Shown piece after piece: positions 1 to 9,549 of a stretch of DNA of 64,000 nucleotides. The notes under the pieces were generated by a model, which did no database searches, was not told where the DNA came from, and saw only the letters and a program-made list of their open reading frames with translations. The stretch is taken from contig CAZSOV010000001.1 in assembly GCA_964608505.1 (NCBI GenBank), forward strand, positions 32,630 to 96,629, read 5' to 3'. Source of the DNA: an uncultured Verrucomicrobiota bacterium. Lineage in GTDB: Bacteria; Verrucomicrobiota; Verrucomicrobiia; Limisphaerales; CAIMTB01. The position numbers were made by a program, and so were the translations under genes. Every line of letters begins with the position of its first letter. Within the stretch, counting starts at the first letter, position 1.

Positions 1-2311
1 CGATGTCGAGGCCGGCCTGGAGACCGGCGCGGAGGTATTCGTCGAGGGAACGTTCGAGGAAATGGAGGTGGAGCGGGGCTTCGAGCGGGGCGAACACGCC
101 CATCTCGCGTCCGTTCTCGCCGCCCTCGGCGATGGCGGCGGGGCAGGTCGGGGCGAGCCGGGCGAAGGTGGCTTCGCGCGGGTCGTCGGAGGCGAACACG
201 GGGCGGGTGCGGACGCGGATGGCGTGGGCGGCGACGGGGTCGTTTTCGGCGCCGGCAAGGTGGATGGCCCAATCGGGCTGGCAGCGATAGCGCCGGGGCA
301 CGAGCGAACCGGCGGGAAGGTAGGAGAAGCGGACGCAGCCTTCCTGGCGGCGCTCGGCGATGACCGGCGCGGAGAAGAGGACTTCGGAGGCGTCGAATTG
401 CCGGCATTGGACGCCACCCCAGACGGTGGATTGATCGAGGCGCAGGACGGCGCCGGGGGCGGCCAGGGCGGGGGCGGCGGGTTGGTCGGGGAGACCGAGG
501 ATGGAGCGGGTCACGGTGACGATGGACACGGTGTCGGCGACGACGAGTCCGCCGACGATGGAATCGGTGACGGTGACGGCGAGTTCGGAGTTCGGGCGGG
601 CGAGGGTGGCGTCGATGCGCAGGCGGCGGTCGTGGACGGGCGGAAGCGAGACATGGGCGAGCTCGAGGGCACCGAGGTGACCGGGGAGCACGCGGAGCGG
701 GCCGTCGAGGAGCAGTCCGTGGAAGGTGATGGTGCCGGGATCGGGATGGTCGGTCGGGGCGGTGCCCTCGATTTCGAGGGCGCCGAGCAGATGGGGTTGG
801 AGGCGGTCGGCGGAGAGGGTGCCGACGGGGCGGACCCAAACGCCGGGTTCCTGTTCGAGGGCGGGCCAGTCGGCGGCGACGACGAGCAGGCGGCTGCGTT
901 CGGGGATGCGCAGGCGGAGGGCGCCGACGAGATCCGCCTCGTAACGCTGGCTGTCCATGAGGCAGAGGATGCCGATGGTGCCGGGGGGTTGGAGGTTCCA
1001 GTCCTCGACGGCATCAGCGAAGGAGGCGTGGAGGATGCCGGGTTCGGCGGGGAGCAGGCGGCTGACGCCGCGTTGCCAGGTGGCAGCGGCGACGAGGTCG
1101 GAGGGAATGGCTTCGCGCCGGTCGTAGGGGCCGGCGCCGAGGGGCGCGGAGAAGCCGCGGGCCCAGACGGCTCGCAGGCGGGCGGGGGCGCGTCCGGCGG
1201 CGAAGGCGACCTGACCGAGGACGGGATCGACGGCGACGCGGACGGGAAGGTCGACGGGGGCACCATCGGCGGCGCGGCGGTAGGTGCGCTGGGATTCGAC
1301 GGGGGTCCAGCCGCGGGAGAAATCGGCGATGACGATTTCGGCGGCGGGGATGGCGTTAGGTTCGTCGTCGGGGAAGAGCTGGAAGACGGGGCGTTGGGCG
1401 CCGAGGTGGAGGAGGTCGGCGGGGGGGAGGGCGTCGGCGAGGGACTGGCGGAGGGCCTCGAGTTCGCGGTGGAGGGGGAGGCGGCGGAGGGGATCGGGGA
1501 CGTCGCGGCGGGCGGCGAGGTCGGTGACGGTGGCGCCGGAGGCGGGGTCGAGGCCGAGGGGGCGGTTGAAGAGGCGGACGGGATGACCGAGGGGATGGAG
1601 GAACCAGCGTTCGACGGGGTCGCCGGGGTTGGCGGGCGGGAGGGCGGGGCGGGCTTCGAGGGCGAAGCGGGCGACGGGGGGCGGGGCGTCGAGGGTGGCC
1701 TCGGGCGGGGTGAAGACGCGCAGGGGCCAGAGGTGGATGCCGAGGTTGGGGAGATTGAAGCGGCCGCGGGAATGGGCGCCGGCGATGCGGCGGACCTCGG
1801 GGAGGTGGTGGATGGAGTTGAAGGGCGTGCCGAGGCGTTCGAGGGCGTCGAGGTCGCGGAGGTTGGGGACGAGCCAGGCGTCGGGGCGACGGTGGTTGGA
1901 GTGCTGGGTTTGGACGAGGTGCAGGAAGAACTCGACGACGTGGGCGTACCAGCCGGTGAGGTCGCGGGCCAGCTGTTCGAGCATGGCGGGGGTGCCCTTG
2001 CGACGGCGGTAGTCGAGGGTGTTGGCGACGAAGGCGCGCGGGGTGAAGACGGAGCCGGCGGTGGCGGGGAGTTCGTCGATGCCGAGGAGTTGGGCGAGGT
2101 AGGGCAGGACCCAGGCCTCGCAGGTTTCGACGAAGGCGTTGTCGTGGAGTTGGTCGAGCTGGCCTTCGACGCGCCCGATCTCGGCGGCCATGGCGGCGGC
2201 GAGGGCCCGGAGCGGTCCCTCCCGCTGGCCGAGGGCGAGCGCGATTTCCTCGTCCCGCTGGCGGTAGAGCTGCGGGAGGTGTTCCAGGAGATGGTCGGCG
2301 GTCCAAGGCAT
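1..2311 (-). CDS. eCIS distal baseplate/tail protein, P2 gpI-like (TIGR02242-type N-terminus); 3' end runs off the window
   Basis: Absent from the ORF track because there is no stop in the window. My own translation from the reverse ATG at 2309-2311 stays open down to position 2 (770 codons). It reads MPWTADHLLEHLPQLYRQRDEE..NAFVETCEAWVLPYLAQLLGI.. and later ..EGCVRFSYLPAGSLVPRRYRCQPDWAI... The overlapping + ORF 62..2335 is G/E/A/D-rich antisense junk. Confidence 0.8.
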   Translation of the reverse strand, partial: MPWTADHLLEHLPQLYRQRDEEIALALGQREGPLRALAAAMAAEIGRVEGQLDQLHDNAFVETCEAWVLPYLAQLLGIDELPATAGSVFTPRAFVANTLDYRRRKGTPAMLEQLARDLTGWYAHVVEFFLHLVQTQHSNHRRPDAWLVPNLRDLDALERLGTPFNSIHHLPEVRRIAGAHSRGRFNLPNLGIHLWPLRVFTPPEATLDAPPPVARFALEARPALPPANPGDPVERWFLHPLGHPVRLFNRPLGLDPASGATVTDLAARRDVPDPLRRLPLHRELEALRQSLADALPPADLLHLGAQRPVFQLFPDDEPNAIPAAEIVIADFSRGWTPVESQRTYRRAADGAPVDLPVRVAVDPVLGQVAFAAGRAPARLRAVWARGFSAPLGAGPYDRREAIPSDLVAAATWQRGVSRLLPAEPGILHASFADAVEDWNLQPPGTIGILCLMDSQRYEADLVGALRLRIPERSRLLVVAADWPALEQEPGVWVRPVGTLSADRLQPHLLGALEIEGTAPTDHPDPGTITFHGLLLDGPLRVLPGHLGALELAHVSLPPVHDRRLRIDATLARPNSELAVTVTDSIVGGLVVADTVSIVTVTRSILGLPDQPAAPALAAPGAVLRLDQSTVWGGVQCRQFDASEVLFSAPVIAERRQEGCVRFSYLPAGSLVPRRYRCQPDWAIHLAGAENDPVAAHAIRVRTRPVFASDDPREATFARLAPTCPAAIAEGGENGREMGVFAPLEAPLHLHFLERSLDEYLRAGLQAGLDI

Positions 2312-2374
2312 GGTGATGGCGATCCTGGTTTATGATTATGGCTGGAGGCGGACCCGCACGCGGGCGGACGGCAC

Positions 2375-2872
2375 GGCGCCGCGTGAGGGCACGCGGCCTA
2401 CAGGGGCGGCGTGGGCAATGCTGTAGGCCGGGTCCCCTGACCCGGCGTGACGCGGTCCCCATGGGCGGTGGTCGGGCGTCGCTCCGCGACGCGGTGAAAA
2501 AGAGGGGGCGAGACCGGGGCCTGAAGGCCCCGGCAACCATCGGTCGTCGCTCCGCGACCGCAGGGCGCCGCGTGGGGGCAGGCGGCCTACAACGGCGGAA
2601 TGGGCCATGCTGTAGGCCGGGGCCCCCGACCCGGCGTGATGCGGTCGCCATGGGCGTTGGTCGGTCGTCGCTCCGCGACGCGGTGAAGAAGAGGGGGCGA
2701 GACCGGGGCCTGAAGGCCCCGGCAACCGTCGGTCGTCGCTCCGCGACTGCATGGCGTCGCGTGGGGGCACGCGGCCTACAACGGCGGAATGGGCCATGCT
2801 GTAGGCCGGGTCCCCCGACCCGGCGTGGGTCCGCTGCACGGCGCCGCGTGAGGGCACGCGGCCTACAACGGC
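2375..2872. repeat. 189-bp tandem repeat array (2 full and 2 partial copies) made of short GC hairpins, REP/BIME-like
   Basis: Unit starts are at 2375, 2564, 2753 and 2840 (ggcgccgcgtg[a/g]gggca..). Each full unit contains the inverted repeats ggcctaca..tgtaggcc, ccgggtc-ccc-gacccgg, cgtcgc-tcc-gcgacg (twice) and ccggggcc-tgaa-ggccccgg. Confidence 0.9.
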
Positions 2873-2895
2873 ATGGTGGGGTTGCGGCGAAGGGT

Positions 2896-5800
2896 TCATG
2901 ACGGGGCGCCGAGGGTTTCGAGGCTCAGGGCGTCCGGGTCCACGGCCAGCAATTCGGCGGGAAGGATCTGGCCGGAGGGAAGGACCGAACCGGCGCGGGC
3001 GACAAGGCGGGCTTCGACGGTCGGGGCGGCGCCGACGAAATGGAAGGCGTCGAGATCGACGCCCTGGATTTCGGGCAGGGCGTGGAGGAGGGCGACGATG
3101 TCGCTCGAGGTGACGGCCTGGCCGAGTTCGCGTCGGGCGAAGGACAGGGCGTCGAGGAGGCGGGCGCGGGCGGCGGCGAGGATGGGTTCGGTTTCGACGC
3201 GCTCGTCGATGCGGAGTCGGGCGGCGATGGCGAAGGGACGGGCGAGGTAGGAAACGACCTGGAAGGGGACGCCGCGGTCGCGATGGCGTTCGATGGACGC
3301 GAGCAGGTTGATGAAGGTGGCGTCGTTCGGACCGACGGGGGCGCCGTCAGGGCCGGCCACGGTGAGGAGGATGCCTTGGTCCTGGCCGAACCAGGCCCAG
3401 GCGCTGCGGGCCTTGGCGATGCCGGCGAAGGCGCGGGCGTAGTCGGCGTAATCCGAGAGCGAGACGAGGCGGTCCAAGGTGCGGACGGCGAGGGGGGCGT
3501 TGATCCGGGCGTCGTCGAGGTGCTCGGGGTCCTCGCCGCCGGTGCCGGGGAACGGTTGGGCGACGCCGGTGAGGCCGAGGGGTCGGGAGGCGAGGTTGGA
3601 GAGGCGTCCGGCGGGGAGATTGCCGGGGGTGCCGAGACCGACGCGGAAGGTGGCGGTGACGTTGTTGAGACCGGTGGGCAGGCGACTGCCGGTGCGGCCA
3701 TCGCCGAAGCGCACGACGGAGGTGCCGTCGTCCTCGAGTCGGAGCGTGTAGACCTCGTCCTTGGATCCGCGTCCGTAGAACGAGTCGACGCGTTCCCAGG
3801 CAACGCCGTCGACGCGGACGAGGAGGGTGCTGTCGGCGCCGCCGGGGGCGGTGGGTGAGGAGACGTGGGTGAGGGGGGATTGAGGCAGGGCGAAGGCGGG
3901 GAAGCGGAGGCGGGCATCGCCATGGCCAAGGATCCGGGAGCGGGCGGCGCCGTGGGTCGCGTCAGCGAGATTGGCGCGGAGCACGACGGAGGCGCGTGCA
4001 TGGGCGAGGGACAGGGGTTGGGCGAGGACGATCCGGCGGGCGGCCTGTTCGGGGACGGGCGCGACGGCGTGGATTTCGAGGAGTTCGGCGACGGGGGCGC
4101 CGGTGGCGGGGTCGAGGCTTTCGAGGGCGAGTCGGTGGCCCGGGGCGAGTTCGGGTATGGAATCGGGGACGAGGAAGGCGTCGCCCTGGAGGGGGGTGGG
4201 ATCGAGTTCCTCGGCGAGGGGGAGTTCGCGGCTGCCGGCGAGGACGGCGAGGGTGCGGACGGCCTCGCGGAACGGGGCGAGGGTGGTGGCGTCGGCCTGG
4301 AGGACGGTGGATTTGCCGGAGAGCGCGAAGCTCGAGCGGGAGACCGTTTCGACGCCGGCGACGGGGAGGAGGGCGGTGCCGACGGGATCGTCGAGGTAGG
4401 CGAGGGAACCGGGGAGGACGTCCGGGTATTCCTGGTCGAGGGAGAGCGTGTTGGTGCGGGTGCCGTAGAGGGTGAAATCCTGGACGGCGTTGGCGGGGAG
4501 GGTGGCGACGCGTTCGACGGGGGCGGGGGCGCGGAGGGCCTGGAGAATCGTGTTCTGGAGTTCGAGGCTGGTTTGTTGGACGGCGGAGGAGGCGGTCGTG
4601 CCGTCGCCGGGCAGGGAGACGGGGAGGAGGCCGGAGTCGGAGAGGTTTTGGGCGAGGTTCTCGGTCTGCATGAGACCGGCGAGGGCGGCGAAGGAGAGGG
4701 CGATGCGCGGGTCGCCGCCGATGGCGAAGGCGGCGAGGGCGATCTCGGCGTCGGAGACGGCGAGGCCGTCGTCGCTGGCGAAGGCGTCGGGATCGAAGTC
4801 CTCGTAGAGATCGGGGTCGAGGTGGCGGTCGACGGTCTCGGGATCGGGGGTGCGGGAGAGGAAATCGCCGATGCCCGCGACGAGATTGGCGCCGGGGCCG
4901 AAGGTGGCGGGGTAGGCGACGACCTTGGAGAGGGAGGCGGCGACGAAGGTGAGGAAGCCGCGGCGGGTGCGGAATTGGGCGGGTTTGGGGGTGGCGAGGG
5001 CGGTCTGGAGGGCGGTGTCGACGATGGCCTGGGCCTGGCGGGCGAGGCCGATGCGGAGGGTGCCGAGGGCGAGTTGGCGGAATTCGCCGAGGCTGGCGAG
5101 GAAGGCGTCGGCGGTGGCGCGGGCGCGGGCGGAGAGGTCGGTGGAGGTCAGGAGGCGTTGGATTTCGCCGGCGACGCGGTTGAGGAGGGCGATGGGGTGG
5201 CCGCGTTGGAAGGCGAGGAGGAGATCGCGGGCCTGGGTGACGAAGGAGGAGGGATTGCCGGTGGAGGAAGGGTTGAAGGCGGTGATCCGGCCGGCGGAGA
5301 CGGTCATGCCGCGGAGGGAATCGACGAGGCCGCGGATGCCTTGGACGAAGCGAAGGAGCGAGGTGTCGACCTGGTTGGTGAGATCGACGCGGAGGGTGAG
5401 GAGTTGTTGGAGGCCCTGACCGAGCGTCTCGAGGACGCCGGCGAGCTGGGTGGCGGCGGCAATCGGGCCCGCGGCGACCTCGCCGGCGACGGTGCCGAGG
5501 ATGGCCTGGAGGGCCTGGGCGGTGGTGCGGAGGGAACCGCCGACGAGGTCGAGGCCGCGGACGCCGGTGCCGGCGGCGGAGAAGCCGGCGGTGGACACCT
5601 GGGTGCGGAACGCGGCATCGACGGTGTCGACGTAGCGGGCGACGTCGTCGCGGACGCGTTGGGCGATGGACTCGGCGGTGGAGGGTGGGGCGGACCGGAG
5701 GACGGCGACGGCGTCGGGGCTGGTGAAGCGGGAGGCGAAACTGCCGGGGAGATGGATGTTGAACCCGGGCCATTCGAGGCGTTCCCCGGGGGGGATATCG

Positions 5801-6696
5801 GCGTCTTCGTCGAGGCCGAGGATCTCGCGCTTGGAGGCGGCGGGGAGGGATTTCCAGTCGGGGGCGGCGGCGCCGAACACGGCGGCTTTGGCGGCGAAGG
5901 CGACGACTTTGGGGAAGCCGGCAGGGAGGGGGCCGGGGGCGGCGGCAAGGGGTTGGGCGAGGGAGACGAGGGTGACCTTGCGATCGTAGTCCTCGGCGAG
6001 GTTGGCGATGGTGGCGACCTGGTAGGTGCCGCCGAGGGGGGCAAACTGGAGGACGAGCCGAGAGGACACGCGCAGGCCGAGTCCGGTTCCGCGGAGGGTG
6101 ACGACGGTCTTGCCGGCCTCCCAGATCTGGGGGCGGGTGAGTTTGGGGGTGAATTTGTTCCAACCGGGACGCGCGACGACGGGGGCAAGGGTTTCGAAGG
6201 TCTGGGGCAGTTCCTGGCCGACGGGGAGGCTTTGGACCTGGGTGCCGGCGGGGACCTCCACCGTGTCGGGCAGGCCGGGGGCGGTCTGGACCTCGAAGGC
6301 GAGCGTGGTGGAGGCGGCGACGCCGGGTTTGAGTTCGTAACCGATGCTGCGGGCCAGCTCGAGGACGGAGCGGCGTTCGACGGCGGTGGGGAGGTAACCT
6401 TCGTTGGCCTGGACCTCGGCGTAGAAGGTCACGACGTCGAGCATGACGGCGCAGGTGTCGAGCAGGGCCACGGCGGCGCTCTCGTCGCCGCGCGCGGTAT
6501 GGGCGCGGAGTCCCTCGGAACGCGCCGCGGCGTCGAGCATGGACTCCTTGAACGTGCCGTGGACGCCCACGCGATAGCGGAGCCGGGTGCGGCCCGGGAT
6601 GTTGTTCGTGCCGACGGGGGACTCGGGCAGGTCGAGGCGGCCCGCGGGTGCGGAGCAGTCGTCGCAACAGGACGGGAGCCGGGTGGGATCGCTCAT
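2896..6696 (-). CDS. large baseplate wedge protein, second baseplate-J/gp6-like paralog (Afp11/12-like)
   Basis: 1266-aa ORF. The N-terminal segment ..AAVALLDTCAVMLDVVTFYAEVQANEGYLPTAVERRSVLELARSIGYELKPGVAAST.. carries the baseplate-J-type signature. There is an ATGA start/stop overlap with the upstream gene at 6693-6696. Confidence 0.85.
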   Translation of the reverse strand: MSDPTRLPSCCDDCSAPAGRLDLPESPVGTNNIPGRTRLRYRVGVHGTFKESMLDAAARSEGLRAHTARGDESAAVALLDTCAVMLDVVTFYAEVQANEGYLPTAVERRSVLELARSIGYELKPGVAASTTLAFEVQTAPGLPDTVEVPAGTQVQSLPVGQELPQTFETLAPVVARPGWNKFTPKLTRPQIWEAGKTVVTLRGTGLGLRVSSRLVLQFAPLGGTYQVATIANLAEDYDRKVTLVSLAQPLAAAPGPLPAGFPKVVAFAAKAAVFGAAAPDWKSLPAASKREILGLDEDADIPPGERLEWPGFNIHLPGSFASRFTSPDAVAVLRSAPPSTAESIAQRVRDDVARYVDTVDAAFRTQVSTAGFSAAGTGVRGLDLVGGSLRTTAQALQAILGTVAGEVAAGPIAAATQLAGVLETLGQGLQQLLTLRVDLTNQVDTSLLRFVQGIRGLVDSLRGMTVSAGRITAFNPSSTGNPSSFVTQARDLLLAFQRGHPIALLNRVAGEIQRLLTSTDLSARARATADAFLASLGEFRQLALGTLRIGLARQAQAIVDTALQTALATPKPAQFRTRRGFLTFVAASLSKVVAYPATFGPGANLVAGIGDFLSRTPDPETVDRHLDPDLYEDFDPDAFASDDGLAVSDAEIALAAFAIGGDPRIALSFAALAGLMQTENLAQNLSDSGLLPVSLPGDGTTASSAVQQTSLELQNTILQALRAPAPVERVATLPANAVQDFTLYGTRTNTLSLDQEYPDVLPGSLAYLDDPVGTALLPVAGVETVSRSSFALSGKSTVLQADATTLAPFREAVRTLAVLAGSRELPLAEELDPTPLQGDAFLVPDSIPELAPGHRLALESLDPATGAPVAELLEIHAVAPVPEQAARRIVLAQPLSLAHARASVVLRANLADATHGAARSRILGHGDARLRFPAFALPQSPLTHVSSPTAPGGADSTLLVRVDGVAWERVDSFYGRGSKDEVYTLRLEDDGTSVVRFGDGRTGSRLPTGLNNVTATFRVGLGTPGNLPAGRLSNLASRPLGLTGVAQPFPGTGGEDPEHLDDARINAPLAVRTLDRLVSLSDYADYARAFAGIAKARSAWAWFGQDQGILLTVAGPDGAPVGPNDATFINLLASIERHRDRGVPFQVVSYLARPFAIAARLRIDERVETEPILAAARARLLDALSFARRELGQAVTSSDIVALLHALPEIQGVDLDAFHFVGAAPTVEARLVARAGSVLPSGQILPAELLAVDPDALSLETLGAPS

Positions 6697-9140
6697 GGGT
6701 TGGTTTCTCCCGGGAAGACGAATTCGAGGCGCCCGTGCTCGGGGAACGAGGGGTCGTTGTCGAGGCGCAGGATTTCGCGGGGCGCGGCCTGGATGAAGCC
6801 GGCGTCGAGTTCACCGGCGGGGGAACGGGCGAAGCGCTGGAAGCGGGTGACGCGGGCGCTGGCGACGCCGGGGACGGCCATGGCGGTGGCGACGAGGCGG
6901 CTCAGCTGGATGCACTGGGCGAAGGTGAGGCGGTCGGGGTGGAACAGTCCGCGGGGCCCGGAGCCCAGGCGTTCGGCGAGTTGACGGACGGTTTCGGTGC
7001 GGTTCGCGCCGCGGGCGAGGCAGACGGCGAGTTGGACGTCGAGGGCGACGTGGATGGGATCGACGATTTCGAGGTCGTAGCCGGCGAGGCGATGGGTCTC
7101 GAGATGGCGGCGGAGACCGGCACGGAACTCATCGTCGAGGGGCAGGCCGCCGAGGCGGTCGACGGCGACGAAGACGGTGTACCAGCTGGCGAGGTGCCGG
7201 AAGACGGCGTGGGCGCGCTGGACGCCGGGATGGAGGGCGGCGACGGCGGCGTAGTCCTCGGCGGTGACGGCGCGTTTCTGGGTGCGAAAGGCGACGGGCG
7301 CGAACTGTTTGACCTCGGCGAGCGGTTCGGGGTCGGTGCCGCCGACGGCGGGAAGGGGGTTGCGGGCGCGGCGGATGCCGCCGTCGGGGAACACGACGGT
7401 TTGGAGGCTCTCGGGACCGACGTTGCCGGCGGTGCCGTTGCCCGCGCGAAGGCGGGCGGAGAAGACTTGGCCGACGGAGGGCCGGCGGCCGTGTTCGCCG
7501 TCGCCGAAGCGCAGGAACGACCGGCGCCGGTTGTCCGTTTCGACGACGAACCCGGCGGCGTTCTCGTCGCTGCCGAGGAGATCGGGCAGGGCGTTCCAGG
7601 CTTCGCCCTCGCTTTCGAGGGTGAGTTCGGGCCGGGCCAGGGCGGGCGTCTGGGCGAGGAGGGCGCGGGCGGAGGGAATGGCCTGGGTCTGGGCCTGCGT
7701 GTCGGCGACGGGGAGCGGCTGGCGCGCGGTGAGATCGGCGCGTTGGAGCCGGGGCCGGTACGATGCGGTGCCGGCGGGGACCTGGGCGGGTTCGAGTTCG
7801 CCGGGGCCGGCGAAGGTCAGGCCGTGATCGGCGAGGGCGACGTTGCCGCGGGCGAGGGTGATGTCGGGGACGAGCACGCCGCCGATCCGGCGCGAGAGCA
7901 CGAAGGCGAAGGGCGGGGCGTCGTCGGAGGACCACTCGACCTCGTACAGCGGCGTGTCGTCGAGGGGATCGAGGGTGGACTCGACGCGGGTGAGGCGGAC
8001 GGCGTGGCGTTGTTCGAGGCGGCCTTCGAGGAGGGTGTCGGGTCCGGCATCGGGGTCGCGGGCCTCCTCGAGGACGAGCACGTCGCCGGGGGCGAGCGTG
8101 GCGCCGGCGGGGCGGACGAGGGTGGCGGCGGTGGCGCCGGCGCAGAGGGTGCAATCGTCGTCGGACCAGGTATGGAAGCGGAAGGCGTTGTGCTGCGGAC
8201 GGAGGAGGAGGGGAAGCATCGTCTCGAAGACGACCGCGGCGCGGAGGTCGAGGCGTTCGAGTTCGCCGGCGGCGGCGAGCTGGCGCTGTTCGGCGCTGCC
8301 GGCGACGACGCGGGTGCCGACGGGAAGGATCGCGCCGTCGGCGCCGGAGCCGGGTTCGACGTCGAACTGGATCCAGGCGCGGGCATTGCAGCCCTCGTGG
8401 ACGCGGTAATCGAGGAGACGCGCGTGGCGTCGGACGGAGGGGCGATGGCGGGCGAGGCCGAGGTATTGCTCGGTGGCGGCGGCATCGAGGCGGTAATGGA
8501 GGTGATCGCCGATGTAGGAGAGCAGCTCGATGACGGCGACCGGGAAGTCGGCAGGGGAGGTTTCGGACCAATCGGGTTGGAGGATGCGGAAACGGTCGAG
8601 GAGGAGGCGCCGGTAGCTGGCGTAGTCGCGGGCCTGGTAATCGATGCGGGGCGGTTCGGGGACGGGCGGTTCGGCGGTGCAGGCCGGGCGGCAGTCGAAG
8701 TCGGAGGGGCAGGAGGCCTTGAAGGAGAAGGCGACGGCGGCCAGGCGCGGGTCGAAGCCAAGCGGGGGCCGGTCGTCGGTCGGGCCGCGGCGGAGGCGGA
8801 GGGTGTAGGGGGAGAAATCGCCGGCGGCATCGACGGTGACGACGAGGTCGGCGGCGGCGGGGGCGAGGGCAAGGGCGAGGACCTGGATGCGGGTGAGGCG
8901 GACGCCGCCTTCGATGACGATCTGGTCGGGGGTCAGGGCGGGGGCGGGATCGGGGACGCCGCCGGGTTGGCCGGGGAGTGGGTGGAGAAACCGGACGCGG
9001 AGGGTGCGTTGATCGGGGGAGGCGATTTCGAGGAAGTCGATGCCGTTGAGGAGCGGGTCGCCGAGGGGGTTGGTGGCGGTGCGGACGAGGGCGCGCCGGT
9101 TCTCGTTGCCGCAGTGGAAAGGGGAGGAGGCGGAGGGCAT
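6693..9140 (-). CDS. baseplate J-like wedge protein (Afp11 / P2 gpJ / T4 gp6-like)
   Basis: ORF 6693..9287 trimmed to the ATG at 9138-9140; the longer start would overlap the gp25 gene by 133 nt. Motifs: HCGNENRRALV..NGIDFLEI and IDYQARDYASYRRLLLDRFRILQPDWSETSPADFPVAVIELLSYIGDHLHYRLDAAATEQYLGLA. Confidence 0.85.
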   Translation of the reverse strand: MPSASSPFHCGNENRRALVRTATNPLGDPLLNGIDFLEIASPDQRTLRVRFLHPLPGQPGGVPDPAPALTPDQIVIEGGVRLTRIQVLALALAPAAADLVVTVDAAGDFSPYTLRLRRGPTDDRPPLGFDPRLAAVAFSFKASCPSDFDCRPACTAEPPVPEPPRIDYQARDYASYRRLLLDRFRILQPDWSETSPADFPVAVIELLSYIGDHLHYRLDAAATEQYLGLARHRPSVRRHARLLDYRVHEGCNARAWIQFDVEPGSGADGAILPVGTRVVAGSAEQRQLAAAGELERLDLRAAVVFETMLPLLLRPQHNAFRFHTWSDDDCTLCAGATAATLVRPAGATLAPGDVLVLEEARDPDAGPDTLLEGRLEQRHAVRLTRVESTLDPLDDTPLYEVEWSSDDAPPFAFVLSRRIGGVLVPDITLARGNVALADHGLTFAGPGELEPAQVPAGTASYRPRLQRADLTARQPLPVADTQAQTQAIPSARALLAQTPALARPELTLESEGEAWNALPDLLGSDENAAGFVVETDNRRRSFLRFGDGEHGRRPSVGQVFSARLRAGNGTAGNVGPESLQTVVFPDGGIRRARNPLPAVGGTDPEPLAEVKQFAPVAFRTQKRAVTAEDYAAVAALHPGVQRAHAVFRHLASWYTVFVAVDRLGGLPLDDEFRAGLRRHLETHRLAGYDLEIVDPIHVALDVQLAVCLARGANRTETVRQLAERLGSGPRGLFHPDRLTFAQCIQLSRLVATAMAVPGVASARVTRFQRFARSPAGELDAGFIQAAPREILRLDNDPSFPEHGRLEFVFPGETNP

Positions 9141-9154
9141 GGGAGGGGGCGGGG

Positions 9155-9547
9155 TCAGAACGCGCGTTCGAAGTGGGCGGTGGTGCGTTCGCGGGTGCGG
9201 CGGAGCAGGTAGCTGATGTCGATGCGGAGGACGTTGTCCTCGGCGGTGACCTGGAGGGCGGTGACCTCGATGAGATGGCCGAGCCACTGCTGGAGGGCGG
9301 CCTCGGCGGTGACGCGCGTGGTTTCGGCGAGCAGGGCGCTGTTGGGGCTGAACACGAGCTGGTGCAGGCCGCTGCCGAGCGAGGGCCGGTTGACGCGCTC
9401 GCCGGGGGCGGTGAAGAGGACCTGCTCGACCAGGTGCCGGACGTGGTCCTCGTGGGTGGCGCGGGCGGCGCGTCCGTCCCAGCCGACGCGGAAGGGGAAC
9501 TCGACGGCGCCGACGGTGGGGAAGTGGCGGTTGGCTTGTTCGGCCAT
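9155..9547 (-). CDS. GPW/gp25-family baseplate wedge protein (Afp9-like)
   Basis: The last 130 aa of ORF 9155..9844, starting at the ATG at 9545-9547. Sequence MAEQANRHFPTVGAVEFPFRV..HVRHLVEQVLFTAPGERVNRPSLGSGLHQLVF..LRIDISY is a typical gp25 lysozyme-like fold sequence. Confidence 0.9.
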   Translation of the reverse strand: MAEQANRHFPTVGAVEFPFRVGWDGRAARATHEDHVRHLVEQVLFTAPGERVNRPSLGSGLHQLVFSPNSALLAETTRVTAEAALQQWLGHLIEVTALQVTAEDNVLRIDISYLLRRTRERTTAHFERAF

Positions 9548-9549
9548 GG

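Noticed and set aside
2375-2872. Tandem array considered as a CRISPR array
   Set aside because: The units are 189 bp and directly abutting, with no unique spacers. There are no cas genes in the window.
2332-2901. ORFs 2332..2901 (+) and 2336..2899 (-) spanning the tandem repeats; the 189-bp period is a multiple of 3
   Set aside because: The translations are Arg/Gly/Pro-rich (..GRRSATAGRRVGAGGLQRRNGPCCRPGPPTRRDAV..), and both strands are equally open. The DNA is dominated by hairpin symmetry, which favours an RNA/DNA structural element over a repeat protein.
62-9212. Long + strand ORFs (62..2335, 3865..6984, 6648..9212 and many shorter ones) opposite the baseplate genes
   Set aside because: Their translations are monotonous G/E/A/D/R-rich strings with no motifs. 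They lie antisense to minus-strand ORFs with clear phage-baseplate signatures. Stop-free antisense frames are expected at this GC content.
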